From: Anaerolineae bacterium
GTDB lineage: Bacteria; Chloroflexota; Anaerolineae; Anaerolineales; UBA6663
DNA length: 64,000 nucleotides
NCBI GenBank assembly: GCA_037442085.1
Contig: JBBIQY010000004.1
Span: forward strand, 1,440 to 65,439
Direction of reading: 5' to 3'
Part shown: piece after piece, positions 27,126-37,611 of the stretch
How positions within the stretch are numbered: the first letter of the stretch is position 1
Layout: the number at the start of each line of letters is the position of its first letter
Notes under the pieces: model-generated
What the model was told of the DNA's origin: nothing
The model's database searches: none
Seen by the model: the letters and a program-made list of their open reading frames with translations, nothing else
Translations under genes and position numbers: made by a program

Positions 27126-27443
27126 GAGACGAGGTGTTATCCTTTGGCCGGATTGTAAGCGAGGATGGCCGCGTCTCGCGGAGTCTGGCGAGGCGGCTTG
27201 GCGGGTTCAGGATTGTTGGTTGGGCCGTCTGTCGAAGGCAACCCAACAACTCTGCCCAATCACCAGGTCGAAATTTCTTATGAATCGCACAATGACGGGT
27301 TAATGCTGCGCCCCGATAATTCCTCCGACATGAATTGGATTGCGGGTCTGAAGCGCGCGCGTCGTTTCCCGAAGCCTGAAGAGGTCTTCGGTACTTGAGT
27401 TTGGGAACACGTTCGCGCTATTGCACCCAAGCCGCTTAAGCCC

Positions 27444-27471
27444 GAAGGCCTCTCAGACATGAGAGGCCTTC
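27444..27471 (+). promoter_or_regulatory. 11-bp perfect hairpin (GAAGGCCTCTC-agacat-GAGAGGCCTTC) followed by TTAGTT, 26 nt upstream of lysW
   Basis: No upstream plus-strand gene to terminate (the neighbour is divergent), so it is probably a leader, attenuator or stability element for the lys operon. The AGGAGAAGG RBS follows. Confidence 0.4.
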
Positions 27472-27496
27472 TTAGTTAACTCAGGAGAAGGCTCTG

Positions 27497-27676
27497 ATGA
27501 CCACCATAACGACCACCGCCGTCTGCCCCGAATGCGAGGGCGCGCTGGCCCTGGCCAATGTGATGGAAGGCGAAATCGTCGTCTGCCCCGATTGCGGCGT
27601 GGACCTGGAGGTGCTTGCGATTGCGCCGGTGCAGCTCGCGTTAGCCCCCCAGGAAGCCGAAGACTGGGGCGAGTAG
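27497..27676 (+). CDS. lysW: Alpha-aminoadipate/glutamate amino-group carrier protein LysW
   Basis: 59 aa, below the ORF-track cutoff: [59 protein letters not shown]. Two CxxC zinc-ribbon pairs and the acidic C-terminal EDWGE tail. AGGAGAAGG RBS; directly precedes lysX. Confidence 0.85.
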   Translation: MTTITTTAVCPECEGALALANVMEGEIVVCPDCGVDLEVLAIAPVQLALAPQEAEDWGE

Positions 27677-27679
27677 ACC

Positions 27680-28624
27680 ATGAGGGTCGGCGTCCTGTAT
27701 TCCCGCCTGCGTGTAGAAGAGAAGTGGCTGTTCGAGGCGCTCGAAAAACGCGGCGTGGACTATGACCGGCTGGACGACCGCGAGGTGCGTTTCTCCATCG
27801 AAGACCCGGAGGCCTGGGAGCAGTACGATGTCGTGCTGGAGCGCAGCATCTCTTACGGGCGCGGCCTGTACGCCTGCAAAGTGCTCAACGCCTGGGGGAT
27901 CCCCACCGTCAACACCGCCAGCGTCGCCGACACTTGCGGTGACAAGCTGTGGACTTCGGCAGCGCTGAAGAAGGCCGGCGTGCCGCAGCCGCACCTGCGC
28001 CTGGCCTTCACGCCGGAGAGCGCCATCGAGGCCATGGAAGACCTGGGCTTCCCGGTGGTCCTCAAGCCCGTCATCGGCTCATGGGGGCGGATGGTCGCCA
28101 AGCTCAACGACCGCGACGCCGCCGAGGCCGTGCTCGAACATCGCACGGCGCTGGGCAACTATCAGCAAAACATCTTCTACATCCAGGAATACGTGAAAAA
28201 GCCGGGCCGCGACATCCGCGCCTTCGTCGTCGGCGATCAGACGATCTGCGCCATTTACCGCCACTCGTCGCACTGGATCACCAACACGGCGCGCGGCGGC
28301 AAGGCAACGGTGTGCCCGGTGACGCCTGCGCTCCACGACGTCTGCCTCAAAGCCGCTCGGGCAGTGGGCGGCGGCGTGCTGGCGATTGACCTGCTCGAAG
28401 ACCGCGACCGGGGGCTGCTGGTCAACGAGGTGAACCACACGATGGAGTTTCATTCCACCGTGCCCGCGACGGGCGTGGATATTCCCGGCCTGATCATTGA
28501 CTACACGCTGGAAGTGGGCCGGCGCAAGTCCGAGTTCAAAGGTCACTATCAGCCGGTGCCGCGCGAGTTCCCGGAGGCGCCTGCTCAATCGCGCGCGACG
28601 CCCCTCACCCATGACCAAACTTAG
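27680..28624 (+). CDS. lysX: LysW-alpha-aminoadipate ligase LysX (RimK-type ATP-grasp)
   Basis: [26 protein letters not shown]..., ATP-grasp body; position after lysW. Confidence 0.8.
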   Translation: MRVGVLYSRLRVEEKWLFEALEKRGVDYDRLDDREVRFSIEDPEAWEQYDVVLERSISYGRGLYACKVLNAWGIPTVNTASVADTCGDKLWTSAALKKAGVPQPHLRLAFTPESAIEAMEDLGFPVVLKPVIGSWGRMVAKLNDRDAAEAVLEHRTALGNYQQNIFYIQEYVKKPGRDIRAFVVGDQTICAIYRHSSHWITNTARGGKATVCPVTPALHDVCLKAARAVGGGVLAIDLLEDRDRGLLVNEVNHTMEFHSTVPATGVDIPGLIIDYTLEVGRRKSEFKGHYQPVPREFPEAPAQSRATPLTHDQT

Positions 28625-29651
28625 AGCGTCCATCGTCGGTGCGTCGGGCTACACCGGTGGCGAGTTGCTGCGGCTGCTGCTCTTCCATCCGCACGTGGAA
28701 GTGGCGCAGGCCACCTCGGAGAGCAAGGCCGGCGAGTACGTCTTTCAGCACCACCCTAACCTGCGCAAGCGCACGCAGCTCCAGTTCGTCAGCCAGCAGG
28801 CGCTACAGCCGTGCGAGATCCTGTTTCTCGCTCTGCCTCACGGTGAGAGCCAGAGGAAGATCGAACAGTATGCAGCGCTCGCCCCGAAGATCGTGGATCT
28901 GTCCGCCGATTTTCGCCTGCGCGACGCGGCGCTCTACCGGCGCTGGTACGGCGAAGAACACGCGGCTCCACACTACCTCAAGCAGTTCGTCTACGGCCTG
29001 CCGGAGCTGCAGCGCGACGCAATCAGGATGGCCAGCTACGTCAGCGGCGTGGGCTGCAACGCCACTGCCTGCCATCTGGCGCTGCTGCCGCTGGTGCGCG
29101 CCGGCCTGCTCGACGCGGAGCGGCCGATCATCGTGGATATCAAGACCGGCTCATCCGAGGGCGGCGCAACGGTGAACCCCGGCTCACATCATCCGGAAAA
29201 AAGCCACTCGGTGCGGACTTACGCCGCGACCGGCCACCGGCACACGGCCGAGGTGATCCAGGAACTTGGGCTAAGCAACGTGCACCTGACGATGACGGCC
29301 GTAGACCTGGTACGCGGCGTCTTGGCCGCCGCCCACTGCTTTGTCAAGCCCGGAACGACCGAAAAAGATTTATGGAGGGCGTATCGGGCGGCTTACCACG
29401 CAGAACCGTTCATCCGCCTCGTCAAAGATCGGGCCGGCCTCCACCGCGTGCCCGACCCGAAGATCCTGGCCGGCAGCAATTATGCCGATGTGGGCTTCGA
29501 ATTGGACCCGGCGACGAACCGCGTGGTGGCGCTGGCGGCGATTGACAACCTGATGAAGGGCGCTTCCGGCAGCGCCGTGCAGGCCATGAATCTCATGTGT
29601 GGTCTGGAGGAAACGGCCGGGTTGGAGTTTCCGGGACTACACCCAATCTGA
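28611..29651 (+). CDS. lysY: LysW-aminoadipyl-phosphate reductase LysY (ArgC homolog)
   Basis: [23 protein letters not shown]..., active-site region SGVGCNATA. 14-nt overlap with lysX. Confidence 0.8.
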   Translation: MTKLRASIVGASGYTGGELLRLLLFHPHVEVAQATSESKAGEYVFQHHPNLRKRTQLQFVSQQALQPCEILFLALPHGESQRKIEQYAALAPKIVDLSADFRLRDAALYRRWYGEEHAAPHYLKQFVYGLPELQRDAIRMASYVSGVGCNATACHLALLPLVRAGLLDAERPIIVDIKTGSSEGGATVNPGSHHPEKSHSVRTYAATGHRHTAEVIQELGLSNVHLTMTAVDLVRGVLAAAHCFVKPGTTEKDLWRAYRAAYHAEPFIRLVKDRAGLHRVPDPKILAGSNYADVGFELDPATNRVVALAAIDNLMKGASGSAVQAMNLMCGLEETAGLEFPGLHPI

Positions 29652-29730
29652 TAAAGGAAGGCGAAGAGAGCGTGTCCCTCCTGACGACCTCATCGCGAAC
29701 CGCCAAGCGCAACCCGGGCAGTTTGTTCAG

Positions 29731-29760
29731 CAATCCGAAATCCAAAATCCGAAATCCAAA
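29731..29760 (+). repeat. AATC-type short-period leader abutting the lysZ start codon
   Basis: caatccgaaatccaaaatccgaaatccaaa followed by ATG. No G-rich Shine-Dalgarno within 30 nt. Confidence 0.8.
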
Positions 29761-30570
<810 letters not shown>

Positions 30571-30606
30571 TTTCGGATTTAGACGAGGTGACCATCACCT
30601 AGAGCC

Positions 30607-31797
30607 ATGAGCATTCAAGACCGCGAAGCCCAACACACCTCCGGCCTGTACACCAAGCGCCCCATCGCCATCGTGCGCGGACAGGATGCGCGGCTGTGGG
30701 ACAGCGCCGGCAACGAGTATATTGACTGCGTCGGCGGGCAGGGCGCGGGCAACCTCGGACACGCCAATCCCGTGGTCGCGGAGGCGATTGCCGAACAGGC
30801 CCGCACAGTGATCGCCGTGCCGGAGATGTTCTACAACGACAAGCGTGCGGCCCTGTTGGAGAAGCTGGTAAGCATCGCGCCGCCAGGGCTGACCCGTGTC
30901 TTCCTGTGCAACTCCGGCGCGGAGGCCAACGAGGCCGCCTTCAAGTTTGCGCGGCTCAAAACCGGCCGCCGCCAGATCATCGCCGCCATGCGCGGCTTCC
31001 ATGGCCGCACCCTGGGCGCGCTCTCCGCCACTTGGGAGAAGAAATACCGCGAGCCGTTCGAGCCGCTCGTCCCGGGCTTCAGCCACATTCCCTACAACGA
31101 TCTGGCGGCGCTGGAAGCCGCCGTCACCGAGACGACGGCGGCGGTGGTGCTGGAGGTGATTCAGGGCGAGGGCGGGGTACGGCCCGGCACGGCGGAATTT
31201 CTGCTCGGCGCCCAGCGTCTATGCCGCGAACGCGGCGCGCTGCTCATCATTGATGAAGTGCAGACGGGTTTTGGACGCACCGGCGCCATGTTCGCCTGTG
31301 CCCATCACGGGTTGACGCCGGATATTCTCTGTCTGGCCAAGTCCATCGCCGGCGGCCTGCCCATGGGAGCGGTGCTGTTCAACGATCGGGTGGGCGCATT
31401 GCCAGCACAGGTACACGGCAGCACGTTCGGCGGCAACCCTCTGGCCTGTGCGGCGGCGCTGGCCGCCATCGGCTACCTGGAGTCCGAGCGCCTGCCCGAC
31501 CGCGCCGCCGAACTCGGCGCCTGGTTCTTGGGCAGGCTGGCGCAGATTCAATCGCCCCTCATCCGCGAGGTGCGCGGCCGGGGCCTGATGGTCGGCATCG
31601 AGCTGAAGCAGAAAGTGACGCCGTATCTGCAGGCGTTGATGCTGGAGCATCGCGTGCTGGCCCTGCCCGCCGGATTGACTGTGATGCGGTTCCTGCCGCC
31701 GCTGGTCATCACCCGCGACGAACTGGCGCGCGCCGCCGAGGCCGTGGAGGCGGTGCTGACGCAGCCGGTAAAGGCCGCGGTCACGGAGATGGAGTGA
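30607..31797 (+). CDS. lysJ: LysW-lysine/ornithine aminotransferase LysJ (ArgD homolog, class III)
   Basis: ...[16 protein letters not shown]..., [28 protein letters not shown] (PLP Lys). Confidence 0.8.
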   Translation: MSIQDREAQHTSGLYTKRPIAIVRGQDARLWDSAGNEYIDCVGGQGAGNLGHANPVVAEAIAEQARTVIAVPEMFYNDKRAALLEKLVSIAPPGLTRVFLCNSGAEANEAAFKFARLKTGRRQIIAAMRGFHGRTLGALSATWEKKYREPFEPLVPGFSHIPYNDLAALEAAVTETTAAVVLEVIQGEGGVRPGTAEFLLGAQRLCRERGALLIIDEVQTGFGRTGAMFACAHHGLTPDILCLAKSIAGGLPMGAVLFNDRVGALPAQVHGSTFGGNPLACAAALAAIGYLESERLPDRAAELGAWFLGRLAQIQSPLIREVRGRGLMVGIELKQKVTPYLQALMLEHRVLALPAGLTVMRFLPPLVITRDELARAAEAVEAVLTQPVKAAVTEME

Positions 31798-31855
31798 CGG
31801 GGTGACAGGTTGAACAAGCATCGCCCTGTCACCCCACCCCATTCGATCTGCCAAG

Positions 31856-33154
31856 ATGAGCTGCTTCTCTAATTACATCCCCCGTCCGCTCGAGATCATT
31901 GACACCACGCTGCGCGAGGGACAGCAAACATCGCTGCTGCACGACCACCACAAGTACTTCTTCACGCGCACGGACAAGGAAGAGATTTTGCGCGCGCTGA
32001 TCATCTGCGGCGTGAAGTTTGTGGAGCTGTTCGCACCGGTGGTCAGCCCGCAGGAACGCGCCGACTTTGTCGCGCTCAGAGCCGTGCGCGATGCGCTCAT
32101 CACGCAGAAGGGCTACACCTTTTTGCTGGCGCATGTGCGCTGCCACCCGCGCGACGTGGAGTCGGCCATCGCCGCCGGCGCGGACGGCCTCAACTTCTAC
32201 ATCGGCACCTCAGCCGAGGCGCGCGCCTTCAATCATGGTCGCGACCTGGATGCCATCGTGGCTCAGGCCCGCCCGCTGCTCGAAGACCTGCGCCGCAATC
32301 ATCCCGACCTCATCCTGCGCTTCTCCGGCGAAGATGCCTTCCGCACGCGTGAGGCCGACATGTTCCGCATCTACGACGAGATCGCGCCGCTGGTGGATCG
32401 GCTGGGGATGCCGGATACGGTGGGCGTGGCGACCCCCGCAAGCGTCGCACAGCGGGTCGCGGCACTGCGCGAGCGTTACCCGGCCACCCCGCTCGAGGGC
32501 CACTTTCATGAAGATCGCGGCTTTGCGCTGGTCAATGCGCTGGAGGCCGTGCGCAGCGGGATGCAATACCTCAATACCACCGTGCTCGGCATCGGCGAGC
32601 GGTCGGGCATCACCTCCTTCACCGCCCTGCTCTTCAACCTCTTCATCGAGCATCACTACGATGCCCTGGAGGGCTACCATCTGCGCGGGCTATATCCGCT
32701 CAATGTGCTGGTCGCCGATAAGCTGAAGATGCTGGTGCCCTCGCGCGAGCCGGTGAGCCTGACCAACCGCACGCATACGGCGGGCGTCCACCAAAAGGCC
32801 GTCCTGCACGACTCGTCGGCGTACGAAGCCCACCCGCTCGATCAGTTCGGTGTCAGCGAAAGCGAGATCCTGCTCGGCCCACTCTCCGGCTGGAACGTCA
32901 TCCACTACTTTCTGCGCGAGATCCGCTACTTCCAGATCAACGAGGCGCAGGCCAAGGAGATCACGGCCGCCTTCAAAGAACGAGTGTACGCGCTCGCCCC
33001 CGACGTATCGCCGGAGCGGGTGCTGATCGAGCTGGCCGAGCGCGAATTCGGCCTGGCGCGGCTGGCGCTGCCGGAGACGCGCACGCCCCTCGTGCAACGG
33101 CTCGACTCACCAAAACGCACATCGGGCATTACGCTGAATGGTCGTGAGCGCTGA
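31856..33154 (+). CDS. Homocitrate synthase candidate (divergent LeuA/NifV/HMGL-like family)
   Basis: LEIIDTTLREGQQ (the DxxLR(D/E)GxQ motif of the family). Function assigned from its position inside the AAA lysine operon. Confidence 0.6.
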   Translation: MSCFSNYIPRPLEIIDTTLREGQQTSLLHDHHKYFFTRTDKEEILRALIICGVKFVELFAPVVSPQERADFVALRAVRDALITQKGYTFLLAHVRCHPRDVESAIAAGADGLNFYIGTSAEARAFNHGRDLDAIVAQARPLLEDLRRNHPDLILRFSGEDAFRTREADMFRIYDEIAPLVDRLGMPDTVGVATPASVAQRVAALRERYPATPLEGHFHEDRGFALVNALEAVRSGMQYLNTTVLGIGERSGITSFTALLFNLFIEHHYDALEGYHLRGLYPLNVLVADKLKMLVPSREPVSLTNRTHTAGVHQKAVLHDSSAYEAHPLDQFGVSESEILLGPLSGWNVIHYFLREIRYFQINEAQAKEITAAFKERVYALAPDVSPERVLIELAEREFGLARLALPETRTPLVQRLDSPKRTSGITLNGRER

Positions 33155-33261
33155 GCATCCGGCAAGCCTCCAAGATGCCGGAACGCGTCCTTCGACTGCG
33201 CGGCCCGCGCCGCTTCGCTTAGCGCGGCCGCTCCGCTCAGGACGCTGATTGCGAGGACAGA

Positions 33262-34587
33262 GTGAACATGGGCAAAACCTTCGCCGAGAAAGCCCTGGCC
33301 CGCGCCGCCGGGCTGAGCGAGGTCGTCGCCGGACAGGTGGTGGATGTGCGCCCGGACATCGTGCTCTCGCACGATAACACTGCCGCCATCTACAGAATCT
33401 TTCGAGACATCGGCGTCGAGTCCATCGCCATCCCGGAGCGGCTGGCGATCACGCTCGACCACGCCGTGCCCGCGCCCACCGCCCAGCACGCTCGCAACCA
33501 TGCCGAGGTGCGCGAGTTCGTCAAACGCTACGGCATTCGGCACTTTTTCGAGGTCGGGCGCGGCATCTGCCATCAGGTGCTGAGCGAAGAGGCTCTGGTC
33601 CTTCCGGGGCAGTTGATCCTGGGTGCGGATTCGCACACGCCGCACTTCGGCTGGCTGGGCGCGTTCGGGGCCGGCGTCGGCCGCACCGAGGTGGCGGCGC
33701 TGTGGGCCACCGGCGAGCTGTGGCTGCGCGTGCCGGAGACGATCAAGTTCGTGATCACCGGCGAGTTGGGCAGAGGCGTCACCAGCAAAGACTTGTGCCT
33801 GCACCTGATCGGGCAATTCGGTGCGGATGGCGGGCTGTACCTGTCGGTCGAGTTCAGTGGCCCGGCCCTCGAGAAGCTATCGCTCGACAGCCGCATGGTC
33901 ATCCCCAACATGTTGGCCGAGTTCGGGGTGAAGAACGCCTACCTGCCGCCGGACGAGGCCGTGTTCGAGTATCTGGCGGAGCGCAAAGCTCGACGGCAGA
34001 CCGCAGACGGTGGCTCGCGAACGGCCCAAGCTCAAATCTCAAATCTCAAATCTCAAATTAAAGCCGGCGCCCTCTACCCGGATGTTGACGCGGCCTACGC
34101 TGCCGTTTACACGATTGACGCCGCGACCATTGAGTTGACGATCGCTTGCCCGCACAGCGTGGACAACACGCAGCCGCTGGCCGCGGTCCGCGGTCGGAAA
34201 ATCCACCAGGCCTTCATCGGCACCTGCACCAATGGCCGGCTGGAGGATCTGGCGGTGGCCGCCGAGGTGGTGCGCGGCAAGCGCGTCGCAGCCGGCACGC
34301 GCCTGCTGGTCATCCCGGCGTCGTCCGAGGTCTATCTGGCTGCGCTGCAGCGCGGTTACGTGCAGACCCTGCTGGAGGCCGGCGCGGTGTTTGGGACGCC
34401 GGGTTGCGGGCCGTGCATGGGCAACCACATGGGGGTGCTCGCGCCGGGTGAGGTGTGCCTCTCCTCGGCCAACCGCAACTTCAAGGGCCGCATGGGCCAG
34501 CCGGAGGCGGAGATCTATCTGGCCAGCCCGGCGGTCGTGGCGGCGAGCGCCATCACCGGCGTCATCACCGATCCGCGCGAGTTATGA
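33262..34587 (+). CDS. hacA: Homoaconitase large subunit (LeuC/HacA family)
   Basis: [10 protein letters not shown]...DIVLSHDNT..., [30 protein letters not shown] cluster ligands. Operon context. Confidence 0.75.
   Translation: MNMGKTFAEKALARAAGLSEVVAGQVVDVRPDIVLSHDNTAAIYRIFRDIGVESIAIPERLAITLDHAVPAPTAQHARNHAEVREFVKRYGIRHFFEVGRGICHQVLSEEALVLPGQLILGADSHTPHFGWLGAFGAGVGRTEVAALWATGELWLRVPETIKFVITGELGRGVTSKDLCLHLIGQFGADGGLYLSVEFSGPALEKLSLDSRMVIPNMLAEFGVKNAYLPPDEAVFEYLAERKARRQTADGGSRTAQAQISNLKSQIKAGALYPDVDAAYAAVYTIDAATIELTIACPHSVDNTQPLAAVRGRKIHQAFIGTCTNGRLEDLAVAAEVVRGKRVAAGTRLLVIPASSEVYLAALQRGYVQTLLEAGAVFGTPGCGPCMGNHMGVLAPGEVCLSSANRNFKGRMGQPEAEIYLASPAVVAASAITGVITDPREL
34031..34058 (+). repeat. Perfect tandem heptamer (CTCAAAT)x4 inside the homoaconitase large-subunit CDS
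   Basis: Read directly. Encodes ..[11 protein letters not shown].. inside a locally low-GC insert. Confidence 0.9.
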
Positions 34588-34683
34588 GGCTCACTGAGCA
34601 CACTGAGCCAGCACTGATCGCGCTGAGTTAGGTCGGCGGTAATCCGCGATCCATCAGATCCATCAGCAGCATCAACGTTCCCA

Positions 34684-35211
34684 ATGACGATGACAATCAC
34701 AGGCCGAGTCTGGAAATACGGCGATGGCGTCAACACTGATGTCATCTTCCCCGGCAAGTACACCTATACCCTGCGCGAGCCGGCTGAGATCGCCGCGCAT
34801 GCGCTGGAGGACCTCGACCCGACGTTCGCGCGCGAGGCGCAGCCGGGCGACATCATCGTCGCCGGGCGCAACTGGGGCAACGGCAGCTCGCGCGAGCAGG
34901 CCGTCACCTGCCTGAAATATCGCGGCGTCGCCGCCATCGTCGCCAAGTCGTTCGCCCGCATCTACTACCGCAACGCCCTCAATCAGGGGCTGCTGCTCAT
35001 CACCTGCCCCGAAGCGGTGGACGCCGCCCGCTCTGGCGATACGCTCACCCTCAACCTGGCGGATAACACCCTCCAACTTGGCGAACGCCGCTTCACCTTT
35101 CCCCCGCTCTCACCCACGGTGCTCAGCATGGTCGAGATGGGTGGCCTCGTGCCCCACCTGCGGCGCAAGCTCGGACTGAGGGCAACAAGCGACGTGCGCA
35201 TTTCTGATTGA
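34684..35211 (+). CDS. hacB: Homoaconitase small subunit (LeuD/HacB family)
   Basis: MTMTITGRVWKYGDGVNTDVIFPGKY...GRNWGNGSSREQA. Confidence 0.75.
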   Translation: MTMTITGRVWKYGDGVNTDVIFPGKYTYTLREPAEIAAHALEDLDPTFAREAQPGDIIVAGRNWGNGSSREQAVTCLKYRGVAAIVAKSFARIYYRNALNQGLLLITCPEAVDAARSGDTLTLNLADNTLQLGERRFTFPPLSPTVLSMVEMGGLVPHLRRKLGLRATSDVRISD

Positions 35212-35229
35212 CAACTGCTGATTTTCCTC

Positions 35230-36276
35230 ATGCCATCACAATCAGAAACTCAAAATTCAAAATCCAAAATCATCCTCATCCCCGGCGACGGCGTTGGCCA
35301 GGAAGTCGTCCCCGCCGCCGCCGAGGTGCTGGCCGCGCTCGGCCTCGGGCTGAGGTTCGTCGAAGCGCCCGCCGGCTTCGAGCATTTTCAGAAAACGGGC
35401 AATGCCATCCCGGACGAGACGCTGGCGGACGTGGCCGCGGCGGGCGTGGCCCTGTTTGGGGCAACGGCCTCCCCGTCCACGATCGTCCCCGGCTACCGCA
35501 GCCCGATCCTCGCTCTGCGCCAGACGTTCGACTTGTACGCGAACCTGCGCCCCACCTTCTCCCTGCCCGGCCCCTTCTCCCGCGCCGGCGTTGATCTGCT
35601 CATCGTGCGCGAAAACACCGAGGATGTGTACGTGGGCCGCGAGCGACGCGAGGGTGAGACGGCAATCGCCGAGCGTGTGATCACCAAGCGCGGGTCAGAG
35701 CGGATTGCGCGGGCAGCGTATCAGACGGCGAGCCGCAGACGGCGGACAGCAGCGGGCGGCGGTCCGCCATCTACGGTCACAATCGTTCACAAAGCTAACG
35801 TCCTCAAGCTCACCGACGGCCTGTTCCGCGAGACCTGTCGTGCCGTCGCTGCCGAATACCCGGATGTTCAGACGAACGAAATGCTGGTGGACGCGATGGC
35901 GCTGCGGCTGATGCGCGACCCCGAGTCATTCGACGTGATCGTAACCACCAATCTGTTCGGCGACATCCTCTCCGATGAAGCCAGCGCCCTGATGGGCGGC
36001 CTGGGCTGCGCGCCGTCGGCCAACCTCGGGGAGACGGCGGCGGTGTTCGAGCCGGTGCACGGCGCCGCGCCCGATATCGCCGGGCGGGGCATTGCCAATC
36101 CCATCGGCGCAATCCTCGCGGCAGCCATGTTATTGGATCATATCGGCCAGACGGCTGCTGCCGGGCAGGTGCGCGCTGCCGTCATCGAGACGCTGCGCGC
36201 CGGCGTCTGGACGCGCGACCTCGGCGGAAACGCCGGCCTCAAGGAAATGACGCGCGCCGTCATCTCCAATCTCTAA
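35230..36276 (+). CDS. Homoisocitrate dehydrogenase candidate (isocitrate/isopropylmalate dehydrogenase family)
   Basis: ..KIILIPGDGVGQEV..., LRPTFSLPG, NLFGDILSDEASALMGGLG. Operon context. The first roughly 14 codons are encoded by the AATC-type repeat. Confidence 0.7.
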   Translation: MPSQSETQNSKSKIILIPGDGVGQEVVPAAAEVLAALGLGLRFVEAPAGFEHFQKTGNAIPDETLADVAAAGVALFGATASPSTIVPGYRSPILALRQTFDLYANLRPTFSLPGPFSRAGVDLLIVRENTEDVYVGRERREGETAIAERVITKRGSERIARAAYQTASRRRRTAAGGGPPSTVTIVHKANVLKLTDGLFRETCRAVAAEYPDVQTNEMLVDAMALRLMRDPESFDVIVTTNLFGDILSDEASALMGGLGCAPSANLGETAAVFEPVHGAAPDIAGRGIANPIGAILAAAMLLDHIGQTAAAGQVRAAVIETLRAGVWTRDLGGNAGLKEMTRAVISNL

Positions 36277-36283
36277 TCTTCAC

Positions 36284-37321
36284 ATGGACGAAATCCGACT
36301 CCTCGAAGACCTTTTGAACCTCTACAGCCCCACCGGCCAGGAGGCCGAGGCGGCGCACTACCTCGTGACGCAGATGCGCGCCGGCGGGCTGGAGGCGCAT
36401 GTGGATGAAATCGGCAATGCGGTCGGCATAGCCGGCGAGGGGTCGTTGACGATTATGCTGCTCGGACACATTGATACCGTGCCGGGCTTCATCCCGGTGA
36501 CACGCGACGGCGACCGGTTGAACGGGCGCGGCGCAGTGGATGCCAAGGGGCCGCTGGCTGCGTTTGCGGCGGCGGCGATTCGGGTCAAAGATCAACTCGC
36601 GGGCAAGCGCGTCATCGTTATCGGCGCAGTGGGCGAGGAGGGCGACAGCCGCGGAGCGCACTTCATCAAAGACCGATATCGCCCGGATTTCACGATCATC
36701 GGCGAACCGAGCGGCTGGGAGAAGGTGACTCTCGGTTACAAAGGCAGCGCCTGGTTCGAGTACAACGTGCAGCGGGCACTCGCCCACCCGGCGGCCAAGG
36801 CCGAGAGCGCCTGCGAGGCGGCGGTGGCGTTCTGGAATCGCGTGACGGCGTGGGCGGCGGAGCGCAACGGCGAAGCCCCGAAGATGTTCGATCAGGTCCT
36901 CCCCACCCTGCGCCAGATGAGTTCCGCCTCCGACGGGTTCATCGAGAGCGCGCGGCTGAAGTTCGGCGTGCGGCTGCCGCCGGGGTTGAGTCTCGGCGAA
37001 CTTCACGAGGCGCTGCAGGCGTTGGCCGAGACGGCCACGCTCACATTACACGAAGGTGTGCCGGCCTATCGCGGAGAAAAGAACACGCCGCTGGTGCGCG
37101 CCCTCCTCAACGCCATCCGGCAGGCCGGCGGCAATCCCTCTTTCTCGGTGAAAAGCGGCACCTCGGATATGAACGTGGTCGCGCCGGCCTGGGGTACGCC
37201 GATCGTCGCCTACGGCCCCGGCGACTCCGCGCTCGACCATACGCCTGACGAGCACATCCTTGTCCCGGAGTACCGACGAGCCGTTGCAGTAATTGTTCAA
37301 ACCTTGCTCAAGCTCGCTTAG
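36284..37321 (+). CDS. lysK: LysW-lysine hydrolase LysK (ArgE/M20 peptidase family)
   Basis: [47 protein letters not shown].. Terminal gene of the operon. Confidence 0.75.
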   Translation: MDEIRLLEDLLNLYSPTGQEAEAAHYLVTQMRAGGLEAHVDEIGNAVGIAGEGSLTIMLLGHIDTVPGFIPVTRDGDRLNGRGAVDAKGPLAAFAAAAIRVKDQLAGKRVIVIGAVGEEGDSRGAHFIKDRYRPDFTIIGEPSGWEKVTLGYKGSAWFEYNVQRALAHPAAKAESACEAAVAFWNRVTAWAAERNGEAPKMFDQVLPTLRQMSSASDGFIESARLKFGVRLPPGLSLGELHEALQALAETATLTLHEGVPAYRGEKNTPLVRALLNAIRQAGGNPSFSVKSGTSDMNVVAPAWGTPIVAYGPGDSALDHTPDEHILVPEYRRAVAVIVQTLLKLA

Positions 37322-37361
37322 GAGATTGGTACTAGTTCCCGACGCGATCGCACCCTTCTTC

Positions 37362-37390
37362 TTGACAAGCTACGTGCCCAGCTTTAGTAT
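37362..37390 (+). promoter_or_regulatory. Sigma-70-like promoter TTGACA-N17-TAGTAT
   Basis: TTGACA at 37362-37367, TAGTAT at 37385-37390, in a low-GC intergenic region upstream of 37612. Confidence 0.5.
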
Positions 37391-37611
37391 GCCCTTAGCT
37401 CTTCAAGTCAATCCAGCAGCCAGGATTCAAACACCATCATCTGGCATGATGGAGATAGTCAATCGTCTTGACGTCGGCTGATTTGCACTGCGTAAGACGA
37501 TTCACATCTGACCTTAGAAGCACCAACTTATACCCAACCTGCTCGATCAAGCGCCTGGCGCCATGGCGGACGCCAGGAGTTGTCGTCATCCCGGATAACT
37601 GAGGCTGAGCG

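Noticed and set aside
27126-27443. A lysine riboswitch (L-box) or a Thermus-style Lys leader peptide upstream of lysW.
   Set aside because: I could not find the conserved L-box core elements in order. The only candidate mini-ORF (27330-27398) has just 2 Lys, no SD and no tandem regulatory codons. Only the terminal hairpin is reported, as a finding.
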